Positions 1 through 13,587 of a DNA stretch of 64,000 bases are shown piece by piece. The stretch covers positions 251,224,001-251,288,000 of the forward strand of contig OZ024743.1 in assembly GCA_964016885.1 (NCBI GenBank), given 5' to 3'. The stretch's first letter is position 1, and each line of letters starts with the position of its first letter. The notes under the pieces were generated by a model, which was not told where the DNA came from, ran no database searches, and saw only the letters and a list, made by a program, of their open reading frames with translations. Both the position numbers and the translations under genes were made by a program. This stretch comes from Eledone cirrhosa (lineage: Eukaryota).

Positions 1-120
1 GCAGGTGGTGGGATCAGGATGTGGGGGAGGATAGCTGTTAAGTGTTGCATATTAGTTATATGCATATATGAAGTGAACTTCTTAACTTCAAAGTCATGTC
101 TTTATATATATATATATATA

Positions 121-406
121 TGCAAAAGTTCTATTTAAAATTGTTGGGATACAAGTAAATATTTTTATAACTGATATAAAGCACTCGACAAGTATTTGGA
201 GTAGATATACGATATTATACTATCCAGATGGCTTCCAAAAATAATGGTTGCATTTTAAAAGGGTACGTCAAAGCTTATTTGTAAAACTGTTATATATTGT
301 ATTTTGTCTGATGAAGGCATACCATAATTTAATTTGGTATCCCTGAAATATGTATAATGAAATAAATATGGTTTTATAAATATAGTTTCCATTTATTAAT
401 ATCGTA
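121..406 (+). mobile_element. (TA)n-flanked HHR-bearing non-autonomous element (family H1); ~121-217 is an inverted arm, ~218-406 the forward arm
   Basis: Lies between two (TA)n tracts; homologous to 38571-39007 and 24795-25057; contains an HHR at 300-364. Confidence 0.7.
300..364 (+). ncRNA. Type I hammerhead ribozyme motif (family H1), predicted AUA cleavage
   Basis: tattttgt-CTGATGA-aggcatacca..tggtatccct-GAAA-tatgtATA-atgaaata; stem I tattttgt/atgaaata (2 G-U), stem II agg-c-atacca/tggtat-c-cct. Confidence 0.7.
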
Positions 407-431
407 TATATATATATATATATATATATTT

Positions 432-497
432 GTGGCCTAGCGGTAGGTACTAGAGATGGTGGAGATCCTGGCCTTGAGTTCAATCCTGGTCAGGAGG
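432..497 (+). mobile_element. Degenerate tRNA-derived SINE head fragment
   Basis: A-box-like gtggcctagcggt and B-box-like gagttcaatcc. Confidence 0.4.
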
Positions 498-636
498 TAC
501 ATGTAATATGAATGTATGTATAGTATACTTGGCAATATACCGTACGTTTAATTAAAAACAATTAGAAGACCATACACTATCAGTTTTAAAGTAGTGACTA
601 TGTCACTTACTTCTTTTCGGCAAAAGAAGGGAGAGA

Positions 637-678
637 AGCTGACAGTCTGTTTCACGCTGGTTGGTGTTCATCAGAGCC
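637..678 (-). ncRNA. Type I hammerhead ribozyme motif, predicted GUC cleavage
   Basis: Reverse complement ggct-CTGATGA-acaccaaccagcgt-GAAACAG-A-CTGTC-agct; stem I extended by ttttcggc..agggag / ctccct..gccgaaaa. Confidence 0.75.
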
Positions 679-947
679 ACTCACTCCCTGCTTCCGCCGA
701 AAATTATAGAAGCTTGATTCTTATAGAATTCCAGTAATAATCAGGAGATGATTATACAGAGCGATTGCCGGTCCAGCAAAAATTAGGTATTAGGATTGGT
801 GCTCTGAAATAACGATGTATACATGAATGTATGTATAGTATATTTGGCAATATACCGTATGTTTAATTAAAAACATTTAGAAGACCATATGCTATCGGTT
901 TTAAAGTAGTGACTATGTCGCTTCTTTTCGCTGAAAGAAGGGAAAGA

Positions 948-989
948 AGCTGACAGTCTGTTTCATGCTGGTTGGCGATCATCAGGTCA
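948..989 (-). ncRNA. Second, more degenerate HHR motif of the 315-bp repeat
   Basis: Reverse complement CTGATGA-tcgccaaccagcat-GAAACAGACTGTC; proximal stem I mutated. Confidence 0.55.
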
Positions 990-1030
990 CGCACTCCCCT
1001 GCTTCTGCCAAAAATTATAGAAGCTGGATT

Positions 1031-1066
<36 letters not shown>

Positions 1067-1071
1067 CCTTA

Positions 1072-1111
<40 letters not shown>

Positions 1112-1897
1112 TGTAAAGGATTTTGTGTCCTAATACTTTTTGTAAGTATAGATTACTAAGCTGATTAATGGTATTACTGGTATCATCTCATCCACATAGA
1201 CAAACACACACACATACATACATATACATATATAAAAGTAGAGGAAGAATATGGAGTTGTTTTATATTTCATATGCTTGTGCAAAATTCTGTGTTATTAT
1301 CTGTGCAAGTTTATGTGTATGTGTGTGTTTCTGTATATATATGTACTTGTGTATCCCTGTGTATGTAAATGACTGAAAGACTGCAAAGTAAAAATGTATA
1401 TAAATGAAGAAATGTTGTAGGAAATATGAAAATATGTTAAATAATTGATAAAGTTACCTCCCCCTGACCTCTCCACCATAACTAACATTGCTCTACCAAA
1501 CATGGTTCATCAAGAATATATTGGAATGTGGAGACAATTTCATTGAAGTACCTTTTGAATATTCTGTTTTCTCTTTCAAGTATAGCAAAGAATGTTGTGA
1601 CTGGGCTCTCATCTCAGCAACCCTTAGACTACTTAAAATGAGATGAAAAAAGAATATATTAAAAGTAAAATATGAATAAAAAGGAAGCTAATAAATAAAA
1701 CATTGAAAATATGCAAATATATATTTAGAAAATGTCTCAAAAATATGAGAAAATATTGGGAAAATATGACAATGGTAATTATGATGATGCTAGTAATGAT
1801 AATGGTGATGATAATGATGATTTTTATAATGTTTTCCAATTTAGGCAAAAGGCCAGCAAGTTTTGGTGAGGGCATAGTGTATTATATTGGTTCAATA

Positions 1898-2086
1898 ATA
1901 ATAATAATAATTGTTTCTACTTTAGGCACAAGGCCAGCAATTACCCAGTGCATTACTGGTACTTTATTTTATCGACCCCGTAAGGATGAAGGCAAAGTCA
2001 ACCTCGGCGGGATTTGAACTCAGATCGTAAAGGGACGTAACTATGCTGGAAAGCATGGCGTCCGACCCTCTACCGATGCTGCCAAT
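1898..2086 (-). mobile_element. tRNA-derived SINE with Nin/Deu-like central domain
   Basis: Reverse complement has tctgagttcaaatcccgccgaggttgactttgccttcatccttacggggtcgataaaataaagtaccag and an (ATT)n tail; same family as 10.7 and 47.3 kb. Confidence 0.75.
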
Positions 2087-2644
2087 GATAATTTATTCTT
2101 GAGATTTTTCTGTTAATAGAAGCATCTGTTTAGCTATGTAATTCCACCAGCATCCACCTTACCAAATACCTTTCTGGGATTACTTCAAGAATTTATGTTA
2201 CTTTAAAAGTTCCTTTCCATCTACTTTCTTTTTACCACTTGATCTGCCAAATGTCGGCCCCATTCATAACAAAGAATTGATGAAGAAGATAATTATTTCT
2301 TTACTCTATAAATTACATATTCATTTTATTTTATTTTATTTATTTATTTATTTTTGCATATTTAATAAATTCTGCAAACTTCCACCATCATCACCACCAC
2401 CACCATCCTCCCTCGTCATCATCATTGCCATCATCTTGACTACCATCATCACCACCAACCTAACCAGGACGAAAAGAACCACACCATAAACCCCTACAAT
2501 CATTACCACCACCAACACCATCATCATCACCACTACCATCATAACCATCACCAGGATCAATTGTAACCACACCATAATACCCTCAGTATCACCACCACAA
2601 TCACAGCTAACACCACCATTACCAGCAACCATCATCCTCATCCT

Positions 2645-5252
2645 GTACCATCAGATGTGGTGGTGGTGGTGGTGATAGAGCAGGTTGTAGTTTGAGGTGG
2701 TAATGGTGGTGGTGGTGGTGGTGATGTTGATAGTGCTGGTTGTAGTTTGAGGTGGTGATGGTGGTGGTGGTGGTGGTGATAGAGCTGGTTGTAGTTTGAT
2801 GTGGTGGTGGTGGTGGTGGTGGTGATAGAGCTGGTTGTAGTTTGAGGTGGTGATGGCGGTGGTGGTGGTGGTGATAGAGCTGGTTGTAGTTTGAGGTGGT
2901 GATGGTGGTGGTGATAGAGCTGGTTGTAGTTTGAGGTGGTGATGGTGGTGGTGATAGAGCTGGTTGTAGTTTGAGGTGGTGATGGTGGTGGTGGTGGTGG
3001 TGGTGATAGAGCTGGTTGTAGTTTGAGGTGGTGATGGTGGTGGTGGTGGTGGTGGTGGTGGTGATAGAGCTGGTTGTAGTTTGATGTGGTGGTGGTGGTG
3101 ATGTTGATAGTGCTGGTTGTAGTTTGATGTGGTGGTGGTGATGATGTTGATAGTGCTGGTTGTAGTTTGATGTGGTGGTGGTGGTGGTGATGTTGATAGT
3201 GTTGGTTGTAGTTTGATGTGGTGGTGGTGGTGATGTTGATAGTGCTGGTTGTAGTTTGATGTGGTGGTGGTGGTCGTGGTGATAGAGCTGGTTGTAGTTT
3301 GAGGTGGTGATGGTGGTGGTGGTGGTGGTGGTGATAGTGCTGGTTGTAGTTTGATGTGGTGGTGGTGGTGATGTTGATAGTGCTGGTTGTAGTTTGATGT
3401 GGTGGTGTTGGTGGTGGTGGTGATGTTGATAGTGTTGGTTGTAGTTTGATGTGGTGGTGGTGGTGATGTTGATAGTGCTGGTTGTAGTTTGATGTGGTGG
3501 TGGTGTTGATGTTGATAGTGCTGGTTGTAGTTTGATGTGGTGGTGTTGGTGGTGGTGGTGATGTTGATAGTGTTGGTTGTAGTTTGATGTGGTGGTGGTG
3601 GTGATGTTGATAGTGCTGGTTGTAGTTTGATGTGGTGGTGGTGTTGATGTTGATAGTGCTGGTTGTAGTTTGATGTGGTGGTGTTGGTGGTGGTGGTGAT
3701 GTTGATAGTGTTGGTTGTAGTTTGATGTGGTGGTGGTGGTGATGTTGATAGTGCTGGTTGTAGTTTGATGTGGTGGTGGTCGTCGTGGTGATAGAGCTGG
3801 TTGTAGTTTGATGTGGTGGTGGTGGTGGTGGTGATGTTGATAGTGCTGGTTGTAGTTTGATGTGGTGGTGGTGGTGATGTTGATAGTGCTGGTTGTAATT
3901 TGATGTGGTGGTGGTGGTGATGTTGATAGTGCTGGTTGTAGTTTGATGTGGTGGTGTTGGTGGTGATGTTGATAGTGCTGGTTGCTGTTTGATGTGGTAG
4001 TGGTGGTGATGTTGATAGTGCTGGTTGTAATTTGATGTGGTGGTGGTGGTGATGTTGATAGTGCTGGTTGTAGTTTGATGTGGTGGTGGGGAGGTTGATA
4101 GAGCTGGTTGTAGTTTGATGTGGTGGTGATGGTGGTGGTGGTGATGTTGATAGAGCTGGTTGTAGTTTGATGTGGTGGTGATGGTGGTGGGGAGGTTGAT
4201 AGAACTGGTTGTAGTTTGATGTGGTGGTGGTGGTGGTGATAGAGCTGGTTGTAGTTTGATGTGGTGGTGGTGGTGATGTCGATAGTGCTGGTTGTAGTTT
4301 GATGTGGTGGTGGTGGTGATGTCGATAGTGCTGGTTGTAGTTTGATGTGACGATGGTGGTGGGGAGGTTGATAGAGCTGGTTGTAGTTTGATGTGGTGGT
4401 GATGGTGGTGGGGAGGTTGATTGAACTGGTTGTAGTTTGATGTGGTGGTGGTGGTGGTGATAGAGCTGGTTGTAGTTTGATGTGGTGGTGGTGGTGATGT
4501 CGATAGTGCTGGTTGTAGTTTGATGTGGTGGCGGTGGTGATGTCGATAGTGCTGGTTGTAGTTTGATGTGGTGGTGGTGGTGGTGATGTTGAGAGAGCTG
4601 GTTGTAGTTTGATGTGGTGGTGGTGGTGGTGATGTCGATAGTGCTGGTTGTAGTTTGATGTGGTGGTGGTGGTGATGTCGATAGTGCTGGTTGTAGTTTG
4701 ATGTGGTGGTGGTGGTGATGTCGATAGTGCTGGTTGTAGTTTGATGTGGTGGTGGTGGTGGTGATGTTGATAGTGCTGGTTGTAGTTTGATGTGGTGGTG
4801 GTGGTGGTGATGTTGAGAGAGCTGGTTGTAGTTTGATGTGGTGGTGGTGGTGGTGATGTCGATAGTGCTGGTTGTAGTTTGATGTGGTGGTGGTGGTGAT
4901 GTCGATAGTGCTGGTTGTAGTTTGATGTGGTGGTGGTGGTGATGTCGATAGTGCTGGTTGTAGTTTGATGTGGTGGTGGTGGTGGTGATGTTGATAGTGC
5001 TGGTTGTAGTTTGATGTGGTGGTGGTGGTGGTGATGTTGAGAGAGCTGGTTGTAGTTTGATGTGGTGGTGGTGGTGGTGATGTCGATAGTGCTGGTTGTA
5101 GTTTGATGTGGTGGTGGTGGTGATGTCGATAGTGCTGGTTGTAGTTTGATGTGGTGGTGGTGGTGATGTCGATAGTGCTGGTTGTAGTTTGATGTGGTGG
5201 TGGTGGTGGTGATGTCGATAGTGCTGGTTGTAGTTTGATGTGGTGGTGGTGG
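2645..5252. repeat. GT-rich minisatellite: core GATAG(T/A)GCTGGTTGTAGTTTGA plus variable (GTG)n, unit ~34-60 bp
   Basis: Directly visible tandem units; length varies in steps of 3 nt. Confidence 0.95.
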
Positions 5253-5768
5253 GGCTTATGAATCTGATAATTGCAGACATGGTAGTGGTTGTCATGGTGG
5301 TAGTAATCACTGTCATAGTAATAGTAGTATTAGTAGTATATGTTATATGAGTTGTGATGTTAATGATGGTTCTCTTGATAATACTACTTTTAGTGGTAGC
5401 AGTGTAGTATTAGTAGTAGTGGTGGTGATGGCAACTGCAGTTCAAATGGTTCTGGTGGTTATTGTAGTCATTTTGATGGTAGTAATACTACTACTAATAA
5501 TAATATGATGGCCATAATAATAATAATAATAATATTAGTAATCATCACCATCATCATCATGTGGCTGATAGAATATTAGTTTGTATATTGGGGTAGGATG
5601 GGAAGTGGGGGCATATTCTGTAAATATCAATACATTCTCTAAATCTGATACCATCCACCCATCCACCTTTTCACTCCTAACCACTGCTCCACTAATCTTC
5701 AACACTTAAGCAACAAATTTGTTTACTTCAGAAAAACATTTTCATATATATTTTTCAATATTTATATC

Positions 5769-5886
<118 letters not shown>

Positions 5887-6310
5887 TTTTGAATATTTTA
5901 TATTTAGATGTATATATTTATTTGTCCATTCCACTCAGGATATCTTAAGATTCCTTTCACACACACAAACATCTGAAGATATAAATGAACATATCATTAA
6001 TTATAAATAGCAGTGCTAAAAACAAAATTTAGTAAATGGTGTTGATAATAATAAAAATAACATTAATGAAAATATTAATGATAATGCAAAAAATAAAGAT
6101 GATAATAACAATAAAAAAGAATAACAATAATAATAATAAGCACATCAATAATAATATGTAAAATAAAATAAACGAAAGAGCCAACAACCAAAAATATTGC
6201 AAAGAATCTCTGCTTTTTCAGTAAATTACTGTGGAATTCCTGAGAATAAATTATTCATTTTGTTAGTTTTATATTTTAGTTTACATTTTAGCCTATATAT
6301 ATATATATCC

Positions 6311-6416
<106 letters not shown>

Positions 6417-6699
6417 AATATTATAGATGTATGTATATCAAATATTATATATATATGTATGTATATCAAATATTATATATGTATGTGTATATCAAATATT
6501 ATATATGTGTGTATATCAAATATTATATATGTATATGTCAAATATATATTTTTTTTATTAACTTTACATTATGCTTTATTTATGTATTTTCTTGTAGTTA
6601 TTTATATTGTTTTATTTTTCTTAATATTATTACTATATTTTTTTATTGTTTATTATTCATATATTTATGTATCTTTACATACACACAAACACGCACTCA

Positions 6700-6735
<36 letters not shown>

Positions 6736-6849
6736 CATATCATCACTATCATCATTTTACATCTATTTTCCCTGTTTGAATATATTAGATGGGTTGCCAC
6801 ACTCTGAAGCAAGACAGGCAGGTCAGACAACTATGTATTGCTTATACAT

Positions 6850-7100
6850 TCCATTCTGGTATGGTTTCTATGGCTGGATGCCCTTCTTAATGTTAGCCAC
6901 TTTATGGAAAGTACCAGGTTTGTCTTTTGTCATACCACCGCTACCACCTGACAAGGGGAACGGATGCTTTTTTTGTGGCACCACCACTACCACACTACAG
7001 TGCAGGCTAGGTATATTTTATCATGGCACCAACACTACCAATTTATAGAGTGGGTTGGGTGTATTTTATTGTGACATCAGCACTTCTGCCTTCCAATGTG
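6850..7100 (-). mobile_element. Degenerate RTE 3'-UTR/SINE tail fragment
   Basis: ggtttctatggctggatgcccttc is the reverse complement of the gaagggcatccagc..tagaaa motif in the RTE 3' UTR (31307-31330). Confidence 0.55.
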
Positions 7101-8094
7101 AGCTAAGCTCTGAGCCCATATTATTTTGGTATTAGTACTACCACATTTCAACACTAGTGCATGTACATTCTTAGGTGGGTTGAGTGGAGTGTGATAGGGA
7201 TATGCAGGCTGGATTAGATTGGGGTTTGGGCTGCATATTACTAGAGGATGGGGTGGGGTGGCTTCGGGGTAAATGAGCAACATCTGGTGGTATTGTCAGG
7301 AGAAAGAGTTGGTAAGCACAACTAACCAATCTGGAATGGTTATGCTTGGAGGAGGGGAATTTGGTTTTAAGTTTGGCAGAGTGAGTTGTGGTGCAATAGG
7401 GAGTAAGTTTTGTGCCTTAGGGTTTTCTTAGTGAGATGGAAAAAAGACTGAATAAGCTGTGTCCAACAGTACAGTGAATGTGCATCTTCCTTTGTGTAGA
7501 AGTCAGGGATGTTGATACATGGGGAAGGAGACATGTATGTGTATATATATATGTGTGTGTGTGTTAATATGTGAAGATGTGTAGCTCTGTGGTTAAGATG
7601 TTGGACTGATGCTCATACAATTGTAGGTTCGATTCCTGGACTATGTGGTATGTTGAGTTCTTGAGCAGGACACTTCATTTTTTGTTGTTTTTCCATAATA
7701 GGATTGAGACCTCTACCATTAAAACACCAAATAAACTTCAATCTCAATAATATGCAATCTCATATGAAGCCAGCTAAATCTTCAGAGGTGTGAGCTGTAA
7801 ATTTCATTTTAATTCGTATGTTATTATATATATATTTATATATCATGAGAAGGTTTTTGTTGATTATTCCATGCTGGCATGGGTTGTGGAGGACTTTTTG
7901 AGACAATATTTTACAGTTGGATGCCCTTCCTGACACTAATGCTTTTATTTACTTCTTAAAACACAGAGAGATACAGTGTAATGATACATGTTACAGATAT
8001 ATATATATATATATATACATATGACAAAAATTGTTGAAGATGACAATGATGATAATATATTCACAAAACTTGTATATATATATATGTGTGTATG

Positions 8095-8290
8095 TGTCAC
8101 GGCAAAAAGCACGGCAAAAAGTACACAGTGTAAATGAGATTGCCGTTCGGAAGGGCATCCACCTGTAGAAACCAAAATGAGTTCTGTATGAGTAAGATGT
8201 GGTCACCTGACCTGGCATTACTCACAACAGCACAACTCATATAACTCATGCTAGCATGGAAAAATGGACGTTAAATGCTGATGATGATAT
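8095..8290 (+). mobile_element. RTE 3'-tail fragment ending in (GAT)n
   Basis: ggaagggcatccacctgtagaaacc ... catgctagcatggaaaaatggacgttaaatgctgatgatgat. Confidence 0.6.
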
Positions 8291-10062
8291 ATTACCCTCA
8301 TTTTCATCAAAACAATTTCCATTTTTTTTTTTTATGCTGGACCATTTGTAAGTGAGATATGACCTCTGACCCATTTCAGTGGTTAGTAGTTCTAGTTAGA
8401 TACTGATTTAGTTTGTGACAACCCACCCAACCCTTGCTAGAAGGTAAAATGTACATTAAATGATGATGTAAATTACATAGTTATATTTACATCATTCTCT
8501 ATTTATATTCATTAAATGAATCAAACTTCATTAATATATTATGGATATGAATGGAATACATGTTTGAGTGTATCTATCTTTCCATCCATCTATGTATCTA
8601 TCTATTCATTTCATTGTGAGTACCTATATGCATGAGTGAAAAATTGCACATGCAGCATATGCACATCTATCCCTATTGATCTGCCTGTCTATTTATCTGT
8701 TTATCTACATATCAATATACTTATCCATCTATATAGCTATGTATCATCATCATCTTCATCACTAGCATGGGTTAGATGGGTTTTCCTATTTAAAGCAAGT
8801 CAAGGTCAGCTGAGCATGTCTTGCTCATACAACACCGCTTTTGGCTTGGTTTCTACCACTGAATGCCCTTCCAACCACATTTACAATGATCACTGCTTTT
8901 TGTCATGACACCTACATGACCACTGTACAGTGTGGGCTGGATGTTATTTGTCATGTCGCCATCCCGACCAATTTACAATGTGGGCTGGGGGCTTTGGTGG
9001 GAAGGGTGTGTGGGAATTAGTGAAGTGGATTTTTGGGCATGTGTGAAGGGCAGAATGTTTGGATGTGGGAGTGTGTGGAAGGGAGGATGAAGGTGAAATT
9101 GAGGGAGGTGTATGGTAGATGTGAATACTATATCTATGCTTCAGATTATGCTCATCGGAAGGCAGATCTTTTGTATTATTGGATAACGCCAGAGATCCTG
9201 GTCCTGTGTCCCCTATGCATGGCTTATACAGCCTTCACAAGCCACTCTTCTACTCCTAGTTTTCTATGTATGTATGTATCTATCAATATACTTATCCATC
9301 TATTTTGCTATGTATGTATCCATCACATCATCCATAAATACACACACACACACTCTCACACACATGTATATAATTTATCCAATCACAAATTAATAAAATA
9401 AAATAAGCTACCAGCCAACCAACGAAGCTAACACACACCTTAATTTGAATTCAGTTTAAGTTAAGAAGAGAACCAAACTATTAGAGGAGCATTCATCTTT
9501 TCATTGACACAAATAATTAACGCTAATTAGGGGAATGGTATAACTGAAGAGAAAGTCTTTGCCCAATTTATTAATACATGTGTGTGACTGGCTGGCTTAT
9601 GTGGTGAAAGCACTTAGATATATATTTAATGTAGTGGTTAAAAACCTTTTCATCAAAATGAAACAGAAACTAACGAGTAAAAGACAAATATACAGCACAG
9701 AACTTTTTTACTTTGGATTTCAATGAAATTATTAGCCAATTCAGTGTTCAGCTGGAATGTTGGTCAATGAAGATTGTATTGGTTGAGGATGGGAGCGGGG
9801 TGAAGAAGGGGTGGGGCAGCTGTATGGTATTGATGGTCGATGTAGCAGTAGTTTTTAATAGTGTTAAGTTTTTATACTTGTTTTTACAAATGTTACAACC
9901 AGTATCATTACTATTGTTGTTGGTGGTGTTCTTGTTGATGCTGTTGTATTGGTGTTGTGTTGCTGCTGTTGTTGCTATTATTATTGATGATGATCTTACT
10001 GCTGTTGTCATCAAATGGATGCGTGATGCTTTTCAGCAGCACTTATCTCAACTGCTCTGTGG

Positions 10063-10690
10063 TTAGAGTGAATGATTATCTTTAGGAACCATTCAACATC
10101 ATGTTCTCAGTCTACAATGGTTGTCCCTTCTCATCCCTTTCGTATGTATTGACTCTTGAGCCATTACTACACAAATTGGAGACTTTGAGGGGCTTCCTGC
10201 GTGAACTAGGATATATGGAGATATGTTTCAGTATATGCTGATGGCATCACCATAGTGGTATTGAAGACCAAACGCATTGAGATAATTGGCACCACTCTCA
10301 GAAAAATCAGGGATAAGAGGGAAGTGCTTCTTTCTAAGAAGTTTGTTGAAAGGTAGGTGAGAGAGGCAAGCATGATCTGAATGAATGATCCTGTAGATTG
10401 GAAGAGGAAAACTGGGAGAGGAGTGCACATGCCCTAGCAGTCATGGTGTCCATGGATTTTTGTGGTTTTTTTTCCATGTGTGACCATCAGAAATCACCAC
10501 TATTGAGGAATTTATATTGCTTGAATTTGTTTTACATATTTTCCTTGTGTTTGTTATATGACTTTTTACATGCGTAAACCCACACTGTACTGTCCTGTGC
10601 CCCCCCCCCCCCCCAACCCAGACAATCCCTAATGTTTTCTTCATGTAAGCCCTGCATGGCTAATAAAGAAATCATTATTTATTGTAATGC
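10063..10690 (+). pseudogene. Decayed L1/Tx1-like non-LTR reverse-transcriptase fragment
   Basis: Manual translation with stops/frameshifts: VRVNDYL*EPFNIMFSVYNGCPFSSL..YVLTLEPLLHKL..VSVYADGITIV, matching the QGCPLSP and YADD motifs. Confidence 0.65.
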
Positions 10691-11180
10691 ACTGGGTAAT
10701 TGCTGGCCTTGTGCCTAAAGTAGAAACAATTATTTATTGGTGGATTGGCAGTATCGGTAGAGGGTCTGACGCCATGCTTTGCAGCATAGAGTTACACCCC
10801 TTTGTGGTCTGAGTTCAAATCCCGCCGAGGTTAACTTTGCCTTTCATCCTTACGGGGTCGATAAAATAAAGTACCAGTAATGCACTGGGATAATTGCTGG
10901 CCTTGTGCCAAAAGTAGAAACAATTATTATTATTATTAAGGTGGTGGATTGGCAGTATTATTAGAGTGTCGGACAACATACTTTGCAGCATAGAGTTATG
11001 GCTCTTTACGATCTGAGTTCAAATCCCACCGAGATTAGCTTTGCTTTTCATCCTTACGGGGTCGACAAAATAAGCACCAGTAATGCACTGGGGTCAATTT
11101 AATCAACACCCCCCCCCCCCCCCCCCAAAAAAAAAATTGCTGGCCTTGTGCCTATAGTAGAAATAATAATAATAATTATT
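10685..11180 (+). mobile_element. Tandem of 2-3 Nin/Deu-like tRNA-derived SINE units
   Basis: Repeated ggtggattggcagtat..tctgagttcaaatccc..cttacggggtcgataaaat..ttgctggccttgtgcc..(att)n. Confidence 0.8.
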
Positions 11181-11847
11181 ATTATCATATTTATTGCCAT
11201 CGTTATATTGCAGATTTGTTTTTTGTTTTTTATTAATTGATTGCTTTTTAATTGACTGATTAGATTTTCTTTCTCAAAATGGATTGCTTTCATTGAAATA
11301 TTGGATAATTACTACAACTCAATTAATTTCGTTTCTTTTAATTGTGCCATGATTTGTTCAGCGGAGCCAGCAGAAATTAGTTATTTGTTGATAGTTACCT
11401 CTCCCACACTGTATGTTTACTAACAGCTTCTTTTGTTGTTGTTGTAGTAGTACTAGCTATAGTTGTTATTGTTGTAGTTGTCATTGTTCTTAATGTTGTT
11501 GCCTTCATTGCTCTTGCTATCGTTTTTGTTGTTGGCCAATAAAGAAACCATTGTTGTCATTGTCAGTTGGTTTTCATGTGGTTAAACTGTGTGTATGTTG
11601 TGTGTTAACTGGACTGGCTGGACATTGGTTAATACCAGTCAATGAGTCAACTGGACAATCAATTACCTCTTGATTTTATTGTTGTTTTTGTTTTGTTGTT
11701 ACAGCAACTGAACATATTGATTAGTTCACATAACAGATCAATTGAATTTTTCAATTATTTCGGTTAATTGAACCCACTGTATCTTTTCCTCCACCACCCC
11801 ACCTATTGCCCTTCTTGTTGTCCACCTCCTGTACCTTTGTGGCCTTG

Positions 11848-12180
11848 TAATACAGTTAAACAATTGTTTTTGAAGTAGAAACATTGTGTGTTATGTTATA
11901 ACACAGTTAAACACTTGTGTGTGTAGTAGCAATATTGTGTTAGGTTGTAACACAGTTAAACCTTTGTGTGTGTAGTAGAAACATTGTGTGTTAGGTTGTA
12001 ACATAGTTAAACACTTGTGTGTGTAGTAGCAACATTGTGTGTTATGTTATAACACAGTTAAACACTTGTGTGTGTAGTAGCAACATTGTGTTAGGTTGTA
12101 ACACAGTTACACACTTGTGTGTGTAGTAGAAACATTGTGTATTCTGTTCTAACACAGATATACACTGTGTGAAGTAGCAA
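11848..12180. repeat. ~50-bp minisatellite, ~6-7 copies
   Basis: aacacagttaaacacttgtgtgtgtagtag recurs near 11900, 11949, 12000, 12051, 12100, 12151. Confidence 0.9.
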
Positions 12181-12404
12181 TGTGAAATAAAGGGCCTTGC
12201 ATAAGGACACTGTGCATTACTCAGTCTGGGAATCGAACCTATGGCCATACCATCACAAGCTCAACCCCTAAACCTCTAGGTCACATGCTTATTTTATATA
12301 AATGCAGGTATGTTATTTATTTTATTAGACAAAACAATCAGGCCATAAGAATAAGAATGAGTCAGAAAGGAAAAACAGTAAATACACATCAACCACTCCT
12401 TCGG

Positions 12405-12845
12405 TACGACAACAGGGAATGCTGGTGTTGTCCTCTAAATGTTTTTGAGGGAAACCAAGACACTCATAGCATTACCATAAGTGATAGCAAGTCCCTCAAT
12501 TACACACAACAGGGAATGCAGGTGTGGCCCTCTAAATATTTTTGAGACAAGTCAAGACACATTACTATTGGGGATACCAAGTCCCATAAATGCCCACAAG
12601 GAATGCTAGCATTGCTCTCTGAATGTTGTTGAGGAAAGCCAAGATGCTCACAACATTACCACACATGTTAGTGGGTGTCATAGTTATACATACAGTACTA
12701 CAAAAAGCTGTTGTTGTCCTCTAAATGCTTTTGAAGCAAGACACTCACAACATTACTATTTGAAAAAAAGTGGGTTGCTCAATTACAACAGGGAATGCTG
12801 GTGTTGCCATCTAAAAGATTTTTAAGGCATCCAAAACACATTATC
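12405..12845. repeat. Degenerate ~95-100-bp tandem repeat, ~5 copies
   Basis: acaacagggaatgctggtgttg..ctctaaat..caagacactca..cattac recurs. Confidence 0.75.
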
Positions 12846-13587
12846 AGTTTAATTTTTCAAGCACAGATCATCATGTTTGAAGGGTTTGATGGTGATGGTA
12901 GTGACACTGATGGGTGGGTCACAATAAAATGATAGAAACACCCTAGGCTGAGGGAATTTCCTTCAGGATCCAGCTTTATTTTAAGTACCATAGGGAAAGG
13001 GAATGGTAGAGTGAGGGCGACCACAAAACCGATCAACTTTCTTTCTCTTCCATCATTTTGGACAAGATGAGGGGCAGTGTGTGTGTGGGGGGATGAATGA
13101 ATGGAGGAGAGGGGGCAGATATTATAATGTCAGGAGAGTTGAGTCATTGACTGAATAGAGGGTTAGAAGAAAGTGACATGGCCTGTAGTGGTGGTGGATT
13201 ATTGATTATTGATATATAATTGGAAGGAGGAAGGGGAGTAAGAAAAGAGAAAAAGAGAGAGTCAGAGAGAGAAATGGTGAAAAGATATATGAAAAGAGGC
13301 AAGCAAGAAAGTAGTTAAACATGTAGTTATCCATGCTTGTATGAGTTAGGCTGATTGTCAAGTACTGAGGTTAGATTAGTTAGGTGACCATGTCTTGCTC
13401 ATACACTCCACATTTGGCTTGGTTTATAGGCCTGGAGGTCCTTTTTAGTGCCAACAACTTTACTGTATATACTGGATGCATGCTTTCTACAGCTAGATGC
13501 CCTTCATAACATCAACCACTTTACATAATATACTGGGAGTTATTTTATCATGACACCAGCACTACCACTTTAGTGGGTTAACTGGTG

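Larger units (their letters stand above)
508..1034 (-). mobile_element. ~1.7-copy 315-bp tandem repeat with two HHR motifs (retrozyme-like, related to the 310-bp array)
   Basis: atgaatgtatgtatag recurs at 508 and 823; ends in (TA)n; block ~758-850 is homologous to ~32224-32320. Confidence 0.8.

Noticed and set aside
2638-5316. 892-aa His/Thr/Pro-rich ORF
   Set aside because: It is the translation of a minisatellite whose 3n+1 units rotate through three frames on a stop-poor strand; no domain evidence
7690-7795. CTGAAGA on the minus strand with a nearby hairpin
   Set aside because: GAAA half of the core not found
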